Positions 9,823 through 21,998 of a stretch of DNA of 64,000 bases are shown piece after piece (within the stretch, counting starts at the first letter, position 1; each line of letters starts with the position of its first letter). The notes beneath the pieces were generated by a model. The model searched no databases, was not told where the DNA came from, and saw only the letters and a program-made list of their open reading frames with translations. This DNA comes from Podarcis muralis (taxonomy: Eukaryota), in the NCBI RefSeq assembly GCF_964188315.1, contig NC_135658.1, forward strand, positions 1,736,001-1,800,000. The letters are read 5' to 3'. Position numbers and translations under genes: made by a program.

Positions 9823-11396
9823 AGTGTTAAAGTGTGTTGTGATATCCTCAAGAGCATTTATGGCTTCTCAAGCTCAGCAGAGTGAAGTTGAGTGACCATT
9901 TTGTTTTCCCTCTTTTCCAAAGTTACTGGGGGTTTTTAAAGCACATCCACACACAGAGTAGATTCTTTACAAGCTCGTATTTCTATTCTTTACTTGTTGT
10001 GCATCATGTCATTGTGAAATGGTACTAGAAAGGAGTGTTCTGCAGAGGGTCTGTGCATTGGATCACATGGCCTGACTCTGTGGAAGCATCAGCTTCTGAA
10101 CATCTACTGAGACCTGCGAGTGTAGGGTGGTATATAAATTTAATAATAATACTTCCCACATATCTTCGACAATGTCCAAAAGACCTCTTATGTTGCAGCC
10201 ATAAAGTCATTAGAAAGGACTGAAGCCAGGGCTCTCTTGGACTTCCCCTCTGTAGGCAGATAGGAGGTGTTGCAGGTTCTGGTCCCAGTCATTGAGATGT
10301 GTTGCTAGGTACATCGTCAGAATTTGTTTTTAATTCTCAAAAATTAATCTCTGGGCGAGATGCAATGCTTGTCAATTTCTTCACAGGCCTTGCATTGTCT
10401 CTGCATTAAATTAAACTGAGATCTGGGGTAATTATACACTGAGCATCAGGGATTTTAAAATCAAAATTCAAAACTGGGGGGAGGGGTTCAATATTATCTT
10501 CCTTCTGGAACCTGGGCCATGTCTTTGCATCAACAACAAGGCCTCCTTGCACCCCCTCTTGCCTGTCCCAAATCTGCCACCCATTTCAACTCCTCCAGCT
10601 TAAGTTTCTGGTGCTCAGTTCATTTTGGGCTTCTTCCTGCCTTAGCTCAAAGTCTCTGGCTTCTCCTTTTCCCTTTCATGAGCCACACACACCAATCCCA
10701 GTGCTGCTGCTTTTCCTTCCAAGATGCCACTTCTCCTTTCTCCCACATCTGCTCTGCTCCATCCCACCCAGATGTCTCACCGTTGATACCAGGCGTCCTG
10801 CTTCTGCCCACGTATTGTGAACTCAGACTGTGCAGGCAAAGGCAAAAGAACTGGAGGTGGTGGTTGTTGTTTTTATTGGGTTTTATGAACAAGAATGATG
10901 TTATACAAATAAGTATACCAAGTTTTCTCATGTCGTTTGTATATCACAAAAATAGCATAATAAATGTGAAACTAGAGGTTGTTTTAATTTGTTTTTGAAA
11001 TATTGTGTTTCAAAGCTCTAACCTATCCTGGGACTTTAGGAAGAAGGGAGGGTAAACTAATAGTCATAATAATATTGCGAGTGCCGACAAGAGGCTCTGT
11101 GGGGCTTTGCACAGGGGGTCTATCAGCAGTGTCTGTCAATCCTCCTTTAGCTGCACATTTACCTGCCCTGCACCTGATGTCAAACATGGACAGGTGGCTT
11201 ATTCAGCCTCGTGGCCCAACAGGGAGCCTTGACAGACCCATTTCGGCCCACGGACTAGAGGATGGCATGAAGTGTTTATTATGCATGTAACTAAATGTAA
11301 AGTATTGCTGTCAGTTAAGCACTCCACATAACCACTCCTTAAAATATGTGTAAACCAGGCAATAAAAGGCTAGCATCCCAGTGCTGTTCACTTCTT

Positions 11397-13235
11397 CTTC
11401 TTTTTTTTTATAAATTTTTTTATTGAGTTTTACACAGTTTATATAGACACACACAATACACAATACAAACATAAAGACAAACATGTATAATTTCAAATCC
11501 CTAATTTCTTAGCCACTTTTCCTGACTTCCCCACCCCTCCCCTTCTTGTATCCCAATTCCAATAGTTAGTTCAGCAAGTTCTTATAAATTTAACTTATAT
11601 ACTTAACTTATAAACCTATATATACTTAACTTATAAATTTAGCTTATCTACTTACACATCATTACACCCTTTTCTAAGGTCGACCCAAGTTCCCTTCCAA
11701 TTTTTATAATAATTTCAAAACAAATAACAAAGAACAACTTATAGTTATACACCCTTTACATTCCAAATTTCTCCTCCCCCCCTTTCCCGGTTTTGATCCC
11801 CAAAAAATGTCCATCAACCAGACAATTCTCATCCTGGGTCCCTCACGTCCGAGGCCCTTAAATCTCTCTCAGGCCCTCTCAGCCGGTTTTGTTGGTAGTC
11901 CTTTATGTTGAACATCATGTCTCGGAGAAGCTCTATCCCGATAGGATCAATATTTCTTCCAACCAGACCTCCATGTTCAAAAGTGGAGCCCAAATCGTAT
12001 TCCATGTTTCTTTTAAATCCAAATGTCCCAAATGTTCCAAAAGCTCCATCTTTCGCCTTATACGAGTTTGTAATCCATAGGTCTTCCGATCTCCCCATGG
12101 GGAAGTCTCTGCAGTCTTCCTTCTCAATTTCAAACCAAATTTTAATCATCCAGATCTTATTTTCCTTATAGTCCATTTTTAGAGGCCTCTGGTTGTCCTT
12201 TTTCACCAGCAGCTTTTCAGCTCCTCCTTCTCGCCCCTCTGAAACAACACATTTCTCTTCTTGTTCAGCTGCAAGATTTTCTTGAGTCAAATCCATGGTA
12301 CAGTCTACAAGTTTATTTACTTTAAAATTCAAGGTCATAACATCTGTAGCCAAAGCTTTGCTCTGTTCTTGTAACTTTCCCACGATAGAAAACATTCTCT
12401 CTAGCTCAGCCTGTATTTTTCCATCTGCAGCCATTGTAATGTCTCCGAACCCCCTCTAGAGGGATTCTAGTTACTTAGTATTCTTTCTCCAACAGTCAAG
12501 TTACTTTGTTTTTTCTTCTTTATTTTCAACAGCTTAAAGTCAAATGTAGCAAGAATAACCAGCAAAAGTAGCAACAAGCAAATACTTCTAGCTTTGACAG
12601 CTCGTTTGACAGCTGTCAAACTCCTTATGTCTCCTCAGCCAGCTCTCTCACGGATCACTCCCGGATCCCGGGGGGTTACAAATCAACTTTTTTTCTTGTC
12701 TTCTAACACTGTACTTATATTTCCAAATCGTGAAAGTAATAACTTTGTTTCACAAAAGAGAAAGAAGTAGCCTCTCAACCTTAGTTATCCAATTCTTGCT
12801 TTAAATTGTCTACAATACTGGGGGGGCGGACTTCCTTTTGACACCTCCCCCGGTCGTACCGAAATTCGAAAGAAAGGAAAATTTTAGATCCAATTTCCGT
12901 ATTACTCACGGGTTATTTCTTTGCAGTCCAAATTTCAAGGAAAAAAGTCAGCGCTCTCTGGCCATGGCTTGCGGCTTCACTCCGTAGAAGTAGCGGTCTA
13001 CTCACAGCACCACGCCACTCTCCGTCCCCCGCTCCGAAGCCTTTAAAAAGGCTTCTTCGCGAGTTGGGGGGCGCAAATGGTGCCCACCGAGTCACCAAGT
13101 CCACAGGCTTCCGCGCCTGTGGTTTTTGAGGGTCCCTGCGTCGCCACGGCGGCAGGACCCGTCTTCCACGGAGCCGATTCCCTCCGGAGCTCGGAGGGAA
13201 TCCGCCATTAGCCTTTCGCGCTAACCCGGAAGTCC
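11397..13235 (-). mobile_element. Complete about 1.84-kb non-autonomous L1-like (HAL1-like) element
   Basis: 14-bp TSD GCTGTTCACTTCTT (11383-11396, 13236-13249); CpG-rich 5' end GGACTTCCGGG; one ORF; G-rich 3' UTR; AATAAA plus poly(A). Confidence 0.8.
11829..12434 (-). CDS. Single 201-aa ORF of the HAL1-like element, N-terminal coiled-coil (ORF1p-like)
   Basis: ATG-initiated ORF with heptad-like N-terminus; no RT or EN motifs. Confidence 0.45.
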   Translation of the reverse strand: MAADGKIQAELERMFSIVGKLQEQSKALATDVMTLNFKVNKLVDCTMDLTQENLAAEQEEKCVVSEGREGGAEKLLVKKDNQRPLKMDYKENKIWMIKIWFEIEKEDCRDFPMGRSEDLWITNSYKAKDGAFGTFGTFGFKRNMEYDLGSTFEHGGLVGRNIDPIGIELLRDMMFNIKDYQQNRLRGPERDLRASDVRDPG

Positions 13236-13339
13236 GCTGTTCACTTCTTTTATGGCATTTCTGCCTGCTTCCCTCTCCTCCAGTCTTGCCACACACAGAA
13301 ACACACAGAGTTGGTTCACAGCCTTGACTACTGTTGTTG

Positions 13340-13582
13340 AGGCCGCAGCTGCTGGCACCTAGTTTGTTGGGGAAAGATGGTGCTCAGCACCTGCCCTGCC
13401 CACTGTGGAAGAGTCTCCTTTGGGTCTCCTCTGGAGTCCCAGAGAGCTGCAGGAGGAAAGTCTCCTCTCCTCTCTCTCCAGGGATTCCCAAGGAAGCATC
13501 ATAAATCTTCCTCCAGCTGAACCTCTGGCAGGATTGGATCTCTCTTCTGGACACCAGCAGAGACCAAAGTGTTTCCGTCCAG
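13340..13582 (+). promoter_or_regulatory. Putative promoter plus exon 1 of the OR pseudogene at 15825
   Basis: Homology block; TCTCCAGGGA and TCCCAAGGAA O/E-like sites; CATAAAT 13500-13506; donor CAG|GTGAGT at 13583. Confidence 0.6.
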
Positions 13583-14788
13583 GTGAGTCCTTTTATATTC
13601 CACTTCGGAACTTGGTTCTTCATCAGAGAAGCTTGTTGCAGGTTCCCTTCTGGCTTTAGGGGTAATAATCCAGGATGCTGTAATGGAGAGTGTTGCTAAA
13701 GTATGGCTATGCTAGATTAGGCAAGGATTGCTGCTCCAAAGCATTTGAGAGGGCAGGTGGAGGATCAAATGAGTCAGAGGTTCTCTGATATGTAGAAATC
13801 TAGCAAGTTGTGGTGAAGGTGCCCTTATCCCTGGAATGCTCGCTTTCCATGGGGAGGTGGTTCTGTTCTGTTCAGCTGCACACCAGTGGCCTTAGATGCT
13901 CACCTGCTGCCACGGAAAGAGTTCAGGTGGAACCAGGCAAGAAGAGAGGTGAGATGGAGCCAGGTACTCGCTGGATGAATTGGGAAACATGGGAGCCATT
14001 GCAAGGCCTGACCAGATCACCCCACGGCTTCCTCTCAAAACTGCAGGGATGATAACTTATTTCATATCCACACCGCTTTATACTTTCAGGAAAAGAAAAT
14101 CTCAAAGTGGTTTACAACCTACATTAAAAGATCAAGTAAAACAACCCAGAATAAAAAGTTACTGAAGAAAGTCAAGAATACATTCAAAGCAACCTATTTA
14201 ACTGGAAACAAAAGTCTTATCTTAAAAAATTCAAAATAGAATGTTGCTAAAGGAAGTAAGACATAGAATGCACATTTAAAAGAGCATAATTAAAGAATAT
14301 AAAACTGTGCGAAGAAAACAATGGCAGTATAAACAGTACAATGAGAATGATTGGAAGACTCATTTTGTCAGAAGTCTTTTTTATTTGAGTGTTTATTTGG
14401 GTGTTGGTTGGGAAGATTGGGGTTTTTTGTGCACGTAGACCTGCTTTTTCTTCTTTCTTTTTTCTGTGTTTTCTTCTTTTTTTCTTCTTGATTGTTTGGT
14501 TTTCTTTTTGTGGTGGGAGATTGTAGATTCTTTCTAGATTCTTTGTGTATGTGTGTGATTTAAATTAATAAAGATTGTTTTTTTAAAAATAATAATAAAT
14601 AAACGAGCATAATTAGCAAAAGAATGAAATATTACCATAAGCCAAGGACATGCCTGCTGTTGTTGTTGCTGCCCATCATGCCCAAGGTGGGTGTTGGCTG
14701 TGGAAGCTCAGGCTCAAAGGCCTGATATGGACGAACCAAAATGCATTGTTTGGGCATTTTTCTTCTTCATTTTTGTATCAATTGAAGG

Positions 14789-14878
14789 CATAGCTGTCAA
14801 CATTTCCCTTTTTAAAAGGGAAATTCCCTTATTCCGAATAGGATTCCTCGCAAGAAAAGGGAAAGGTTGACAGCTATG
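14789..14878. mobile_element. 90-bp hAT mini-MITE
   Basis: 13-bp perfect TIR CATAGCTGTCAAC; perfect TSD ATTGAAGG. Confidence 0.9.
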
Positions 14879-15824
14879 ATTGAAGGTACTCATCTGTGGA
14901 TGAACATGCACAAAATCATATGGGGAAAATCGACCTTATGGGCCACCATGCACATTAACACTCTGGTGTGTACACAGACTCTGTTAGCTGTCTATTTCTT
15001 TCCTTGCTTCAGTATCATTCTATTTGCACAGAACAGTTTCCCCCGAATCTGGTCCCCCCAAGATGTTTTGCGCCATCAGTTGCATCAAGGTTGGCAGGGA
15101 GACGTCCTTCTTGATGCAGATTCTGTTCCATATAGCAAAACATGATTCGCTGTGGCTGATGGGAGATGTAGTCCAAAGTATCCGGAAGGTGCTGTGGTTT
15201 GGAAAGGGTTGCTGGGAATGGTAAGACTGCGAGGCCCAGAATTCTTTGAGGGGAAGAATGTGCTTAAGAGCTATAGTGTTTATACACAGTTGGGTGCAGC
15301 GTGAAGACATTCCCTGTGCAACGCAGACATGGCTGTGTTCGCAGAATGTTCTGATGTCCAGAGCAAGTCCAGAAGGGAATATGTAACAGAGCAGTGGTTA
15401 AATCAGGGCAGTTTTGGAATGTTTAGTCCATCATCTTGATTGAAAATGGCATCTGTTTGTGACCAAAAGTAGATGAAAACCCGTTCCTTGATCTCAGAAA
15501 GCATCTCTGCCAAATTTGGTTAGGATAGACAAAGAGCTCTCCAAACATATATAATAATATATGTATAAAGACAGCACATTGTGATGTTTCAGTATTCAAA
15601 GGTGTCACCTTGAGGGATCTTTCACCTTTTTGCTCACCAAAAGATATGCTGCATAATTTAATGAACACAAGCAGATTATAATTATAGCCTGGGCCACCAA
15701 TATAGATGGCATTAGGGAATGCAGAACCAAAACAATCAAGTCTCCCATGTTGATGATGGTGCCTTTTTCTTTACTGATTATGTCGATCCAGGTGCTACTG
15801 AATGGGGGAGCCTGACCACTCACC

Positions 15825-16891
15825 ATGGGACCACAAAATAACCAAAGCATCTTCCATTCCACATTCGTCCTTACTGGCATCCCAGGACTAGAGAACAGAA
15901 ACAACTGGGTCTCCTTCTCTTTCTGCTTTGCCTATGTCATTGCTGTCTTGGGGAATGGTGCTGTTCTCCTAGTGATCGTGAAGGATCAGAGCCTCCACAA
16001 GCCCATGTACCTCTTCCTCTGTATGCTGGCTGTGAGTGAGCTGGGGGTCTCCCTGTCTACCCTTCCCACAGTGCTGAGCACCTTCCTGTTTGATGCTAAG
16101 GAGATTGGGCTGGATGCGTGTCTTGGCCAGATGTTCTTCATCCACTGCTTCTCCTGTATGGACTCAGGGGTTCTCTGGGCGATGGCCCTGGACCGCTTCA
16201 TAGCCATTTACAACCCTCTGCAATACACCACCATCCTGACAAGCCTTAGGATCATTTTGTTGGGATCTGAGATTGCCCTGAGGAGTGTTCTCCTAATGGT
16301 CCCAATGCCTCTCCTCCTAAGGAGGCTGCCATTTTGCAAGTCTACCACCCTTGCTCACCCTTACTGTCTGCACCCCAATTTGATCCATCTCCCTTGTGCG
16401 GACATCATGGTCAACAACCTCTACGGCCTGTTTTTTGTAGTTTCCACATTTGGCCTTGATTCCTTGTGCATCGTCTTGTCCTACGTGATGATCCTCAAGA
16501 CCGTGCTGAGCATGGCCCCAAGGAAGGCCGTCTCAAGGCCCTGAACACCTGCGTCTCCCACATCTGTGCTGTCGTGCTCTATTACACCTCAATGATCAGT
16601 GTTTCCATGGCACACAGGTTTGGCAAGCACAATTCCCCTATGCTGCCCTCACTGATGGCCAATATCTACCTCCTGGTTCCTCCCATTCTGAACCCCATCA
16701 TCTACAGCATCAAAACCAAAGAGATCCGCAAAGCCCTGGGCAGGCTTTTTTCTCAGAAGAAGCCAGATCCAGCATGGTGCAATCTTATGCCTGGATCTCA
16801 CAGGGCTAACTTCAAAGATCTGGGAGTCGTGCACAAACCCTGGACAGCTTGGGACCAGGACACCTTGCAGCAGGAGCACATTGCTTTATGA
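15825..16891 (+). pseudogene. OR51 tandem copy 2, frameshifted in ICL3, normal stop also lost
   Basis: CATGGCCCCAAGG vs CATGGCCTCCAAGG in paralogs (1-bp loss near 16518); the downstream frame carries KALNTC...PPILNP and reads about 40 codons past the paralog stop. Confidence 0.85.
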
Positions 16892-17225
16892 GAGAAAACA
16901 AAAACCAGGAAACAAAGCACAGATGATCTTTGTGTGTGTGTGACACTGTCCACAAATTGGCATACCCCCTTTGGCACGGGTCTTTCATTTTCTGGAATGT
17001 TTGCATACGTGATAAAGTTCCAAAAATTCTTTCAAAAGTAGTCATCTGTAGGCAGGACACCCAGATCATATTTATTGGTCAATGAACCACAAAGTGATGT
17101 GCAGTGCCTCTTTATTTATTGCAATGAGACACCCAAGTGTGTTCTCTGTTATCCACAGTTTAAAAGAATATAGTCTGCGAGGTCTCATGCACGACACAGC
17201 TCCGGGCTGGATCCAGACACATACT

Positions 17226-17287
17226 CTTCCCTGTATGAAGTTTGCAACACATTTGACTGAATGTGTTGCAAACCTCATACAGGGAAG
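17226..17287. repeat. 62-nt hairpin: 28-bp stem (1 mismatch), 6-nt loop
   Basis: CTTCCCTGTATGAAGTTTGCAACACATT-tgactg-AATGTGTTGCAAACCTCATACAGGGAAG. Confidence 0.9.
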
Positions 17288-17699
17288 TTCTGTTGGCAAA
17301 AAATCGGACTCCGCTGCGCCATTTGGTGCCATAGTGCTATAACGCATATAAAGCGCTCTATCTTTACAAATGTAGCTGAGTCCAGCTGGGTGTGCATGGG
17401 AGCCTAAAGGGTGGCTTTCAACTACATTTTGCACTAGCACTGGTGTAAAGGGATCTCCCCACTCCACATGCACCCTGGGCTGCCCTCAGATCTGCTCTGG
17501 AGGCTTAGGGAGAGACACAGAACAGATTTATGGGGTGCACAGGGGGACTTGAGAGGGGCCTCATTCCTTTGCATGAGGCAAACTAGGAGTAGAGACAGAG
17601 GAGAAATTATGCAATGGAGAAAATACAACCCAAAGTATTGCTGCCACTTCACACAGCCTGTGCTTAAAATATATAGATCAGATGGTAGATCTCTGTGAT

Positions 17700-17927
17700 C
17701 CCAACGGTTGCAGCTTCTGGGACCTAGTCTGTCAAGGGAGGCTGGTGCTGAGTTCTGCCCACTGCAGAGCAGCTTCCTTTGGGCTGATGCCCCTGGGGTC
17801 CCTGAGAATTGCAGGAGGAAAGCATTACATCCTCCCTCGTCAGGAAGAGACATAAATATTTCTGCATCTGAGCCTCCGGCAGGTCCCTCTCCTGTCTGCC
17901 AGCAGAGAACAAAGTGTTTTTCTCCAG
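17700..17927 (+). promoter_or_regulatory. Putative promoter plus exon 1 of the OR at 20259
   Basis: Homology block; CCCCTGGGG O/E-like site; CATAAAT 17851-17857; donor CAG|GTGGGT at 17928. Confidence 0.55.
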
Positions 17928-18057
17928 GTGGGTCTTTTAATATTTTTATATAGGTTTTGTTTTTCTGCATCAAGGGCATCATACAAACCATTGTGGTCTA
18001 ACAACTGAATGATTGGACTTTGATGATGCTTTTGTTTGCCTTTGGTACTCTACATTT

Positions 18058-18140
18058 GTTGTTGTTGTTTAGTCGTTTAGTCGTGTCCAACTCTTCGTGA
18101 CCCCATGGACCAGAGCACACCAGGCACTCCTGTCTTCACT
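18058..18140 (-). mobile_element. Short BovB 3' end
   Basis: (GTT)n tail followed by TAGTCGTTTAGTCGTGTCC. Confidence 0.8.
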
Positions 18141-18149
18141 CTACATTAA

Positions 18150-18512
18150 AGGTAAAGGTACCCCTGCCCGTACGGGCCAGTCGTGTCCAACTCTAGGGTT
18201 GTGCGCCCATCTCACTTAAGAGGCCAGGGGCCAGCGCTGTCCAGAGACACTTCCGGGTCACGTGGCCAGCGTGATGAAGCTGCTCTGGCAAGCCAGCACC
18301 AGTGCAGCACATGGAAACGCCGTTTACCTTCCCGCTATAAAGTGGTACCTATTTATCTACTTGCACTTTAAGGGTGCTTTCGAACTGCTAGGTGGGCAGG
18401 AGCTGGGACCGAACGACGGGAGCTCACCCCGCCGCGGGGATACGAACCGCCGACCATACGATCGGCAGGTCCTAGCCACTGAGGTTTTACCCACAGCGCC
18501 ACCCGCGTCCCT
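18150..18512 (-). mobile_element. Sauria SINE, full length
   Basis: 15-bp TSD TTCACTCTACATTAA (18135-18149, 18513-18527). Confidence 0.92.
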
Positions 18513-19677
18513 TTCACTCTACATTAAGCATCGTTACATTTAACTTGGTTGATGTATGGCAATTAAAGGGTGGATACCTGAAGGCTTCTGGCCTGTGACC
18601 TTTAGTCATTCATCTCCTTCTTGTGGGACCTTGGTGCCTTTCACCAGGGCTGCTTCTCATTCCCTCTCTTCCAAGCTCATCTCCCTTGGTTGCTTGTCTC
18701 CCTCTCACCTTCCTTTCTCTCATTCTCCTTGGAACTGCTCTATTATTCTCCTGTCTTCTGCAGCTCATGACCCGCTCCTTTTCCTCTGCTGCTTTTACAT
18801 GTCCCTTCTTCTTCCAACCTTTTCTTCTGCTTCTGAAGGGCTGCTGTGAGGTTTGTTGTCCCCTTTCAGTCCTTCCTGTTGTCATCCTGACCTGGTTCCC
18901 TTCTGTCTTCTGGCTACGTATGGTTGCTCCTCTTATTGCTTCTCTGCTTTACATATCATTAGCATGCCTCTTCTGGCTTGTTTGCAAGAGCATCTAAACA
19001 TGCCACAGTTTCTCCTATTCCCAGGAATGTCATCCCCTGATCCTTCATCTCCTTCTAATGGTCCAATCTCTCTGCTGCCTTTTGGTTCTAAACTTCATGT
19101 TATCTCTTCTCACTGTTTTTATTCCTTCTGTTTTTATTCCTTCTGGTTCAGCCAGGGATCACCTACAAGGTGGCTTTTCTCCTTTGCATTCCTCTGAGAT
19201 GGCTTTTGTGGAGATCACTAAGGACCTTCTTTTTGCCAAATCAAAGGACCCATATTCCATCCTGCCTCAAGAATTTGCACACACTGAAAAATCAGTTTTG
19301 AAAAATTCAGTCAACCATCTTGATTTACAATGGCATCCAATTGCATCTTAACTTATAGAAAAACCTGCTCCCTGATCTCAGGAACCATCATGCAAAATAT
19401 GGTTGAAATCTTCATGTCCAGAGCAGAGCACACAAAGAGATTTTGAAAATATATGCCGGATTATTTATTGAGTTTTTTATGCTTTGTTATAATGACAGCA
19501 ATCACCTTGCGGGTTTGTTGACATGTTTCGTGGGCAAAAGGTAGAATACAGAATTTAGAAATAACGACTGCCTTCTTGGTAGTTGTGCCTTCCCTGTGTA
19601 ATGCCCTCCCTGCAGATGTCAAGGTGATAAAGAACTACATAACTTTTAGAAGACATCTGAAGGCAGCCCTGTATCTG

Positions 19678-20006
19678 GAAGAAGAAGAAGAAGAAGAAGA
19701 AGAAGAAGAAGAAGAAGAAGAAGAAGAAGAAGAAGAAGAAGAAGAAGAAGGGGAGGAGGCAGAGAAGAGTTTGGATTTGATATCCCGCTTTATCACTACC
19801 CGAAGGAGTCTCAAAGTGGCTAAAATTTTTCTTTACCTTCCTCCCCCACAACAAACACTCTGTGTGGTGAGTGGGGCTGAGAGACTTCAGAGAAGTGTGA
19901 CTGGCCCAAGGTCACCCAGCAGCTGCATGTGGAGGAGCAGAGACACGAACCCGGTTCCCCAGATTACGAATCTACCTCTCTTAACCACTACACCACACTG
20001 GCTCTC
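19678..20006 (-). mobile_element. Squam3-like SINE with long (TTC)n tail
   Basis: Full head and body in reverse. Confidence 0.88.
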
Positions 20007-20258
20007 TCTGGAGGTTTTTTAAGTTTCATATTTTACTATGTTCGATGTACACTGTAAATTTCCCAGAGTGGCTGCGAAAACCCAGCCAGATGGTTGGGGT
20101 CTAAATATTAAAATTATTATGATTTCTATTATTACTATAGATAGGCCAATAATCTGATGTAATTAGTTACCTTAGAACCAAAGCAAGGAATGGTGTTCAC
20201 GATAGTGCTTTTTTTCTTTCCTTATGTTCATCCAGGTGCTACTGAATGGGGGAGCCTG

Positions 20259-21203
20259 ATGGGACCACAAAATAACCAAAGCATCTTCCATCCCACATTC
20301 CTCTTCACTGGCATCCCAGGACTGGGGACCATAAATATCGGGGTCTCGTTTTCCTTCTGCATCATGTATGCCATTGCTGTCTTGGGGAATGGCGTTGTTC
20401 TCCTAGTGATTGTGAAGGATCAGACCTTGCATAAGCCCATGTACCTCTTCCTCTGCATGCTGGCTGTGAGTGAGCTGGGGGTCTCCATCTCTACCCTCCC
20501 CACAGTGCTGGGCGTCTTCCTGTTTAATGCCAGGGAGATTGGGCTGGATGCGTGCCTCAGCCAGACGTACTTCATCCATTGCTTCTCAGGAATGGACTCT
20601 GGGGTCCTCTTGGCGATGGCCCTGGACCGCTTCATAGCCATTTACAACCCCCTACAATACACCACCATCCTGACAAACTTTAGGATCATTTTGATAGGAT
20701 TAGGGATTGCCATGAGAAGTGCTCTCCTACTGTTCCCAGTGCCTCTCCTCCTAAGGAGGCTGCCATTTTGCAAGTCCACCATCCTTGCTCATCCTTACTG
20801 TCTGCACCCCAATCTGATCCGGCTCCCTTGTGCAGACACCACCGTCAACAGCTTCTATGGCCTGCTATGTGTACTTTCCACATTTGGCCTTGATTCCTTC
20901 TGCATCGTCTTGTCCTACATGATGATCCTCAAGACTGTGCTGAGCATGGCCTCCAAGGAAGGCCGTCTCAAGGCCCTGAACACCTGCGTCTCCCACATCT
21001 GTGCTGTCGTGCTCTATTACACTCCAATGATTGGTTTGTCCATGGCACACAGGTTTGGCAGGCATAATTCTCCAAAGCTGCACTCAATGATGGCCAATAT
21101 CTATCTCCTGGTTCCTCCAATTTTGAACCCCATCATCTACAGTATCAAAACCAGAGAGATCCGCAAAGCCCTGGGCAGGCTTTTTCGTCAAAAGAAGTTC
21201 TGA
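20259..21203 (+). CDS. Class I olfactory receptor family 51, tandem copy 3, intact, 314 aa
   Basis: OR motifs; start MGPQNNQS as in copy 2; acceptor AG at 20234-20235. Confidence 0.92.
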   Translation: MGPQNNQSIFHPTFLFTGIPGLGTINIGVSFSFCIMYAIAVLGNGVVLLVIVKDQTLHKPMYLFLCMLAVSELGVSISTLPTVLGVFLFNAREIGLDACLSQTYFIHCFSGMDSGVLLAMALDRFIAIYNPLQYTTILTNFRIILIGLGIAMRSALLLFPVPLLLRRLPFCKSTILAHPYCLHPNLIRLPCADTTVNSFYGLLCVLSTFGLDSFCIVLSYMMILKTVLSMASKEGRLKALNTCVSHICAVVLYYTPMIGLSMAHRFGRHNSPKLHSMMANIYLLVPPILNPIIYSIKTREIRKALGRLFRQKKF

Positions 21204-21998
21204 TCTGAATTGGCAAAGAGTGTACCAACATTCCCCAGAGTGTTTATGACTTCTCAAGTTCAGAAGAGAGAAATTGGGCGACCATCTGGTTGTACATTTG
21301 TTCTTTGTAAAGACACACACAAACAGATGCAGACAGAGTTCTTTGTGAGCTCTCCGTCCTGTCTTCAGTTACAATGCATCAAGTAATGGCAGAATAGTAC
21401 CATAGAGGAAGATGGTCTGTAGTTTTGGAGAAATTTCAAAGGGGTTTCTGGACTGGAGGTATCCCTCCTAGAAACTCAAGGGGAAAATATGCAGGCACCA
21501 AGAGAAAATACAAATGCACACAGGGAGAGGCACAAATATGAGGAGGCTTTAGAGAACCACATGTAAACCAATGTTTCTTGTACATTTCCAGATCAAACAC
21601 ATGATTTCTATTCACTACTTAAAGGATCACAGCAATCTTAGCAGTTGCACCTCAGCGCCATCACCCAAAACCATTCAGAATCATTTAGTTCTTCAGATCA
21701 GCTCTCATCATAATGATTATATATAATCTTTTTTCAAGGTGGTCTTTTTATTCAGCTGACTAATTTTCCTATTCATTAAATGTCTCCCAATATCCTCTTT
21801 CATATATCTACAAAAAATTCAAGGTGAATCGCAATCATCATGCCTAGCGGTTCTCTTTTCATGCATACAAAGGGCACCATAGATTCTAAAAGTTCATTCT
21901 TTTCAGTGTTCTGGGAAGAGCTTTCATCACATACAGTACCTGAAAGCAACTGGTTCTGTGTTGTAAAAGGTACTCAGGCACAGACTTACTCAGTTTAA

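Noticed and set aside
20190-20258. In-frame ATG extending OR copy 3 to 337 aa
   Set aside because: Lies upstream of the conserved acceptor (20235), so it is intronic; paralogs start at the 20259 equivalent
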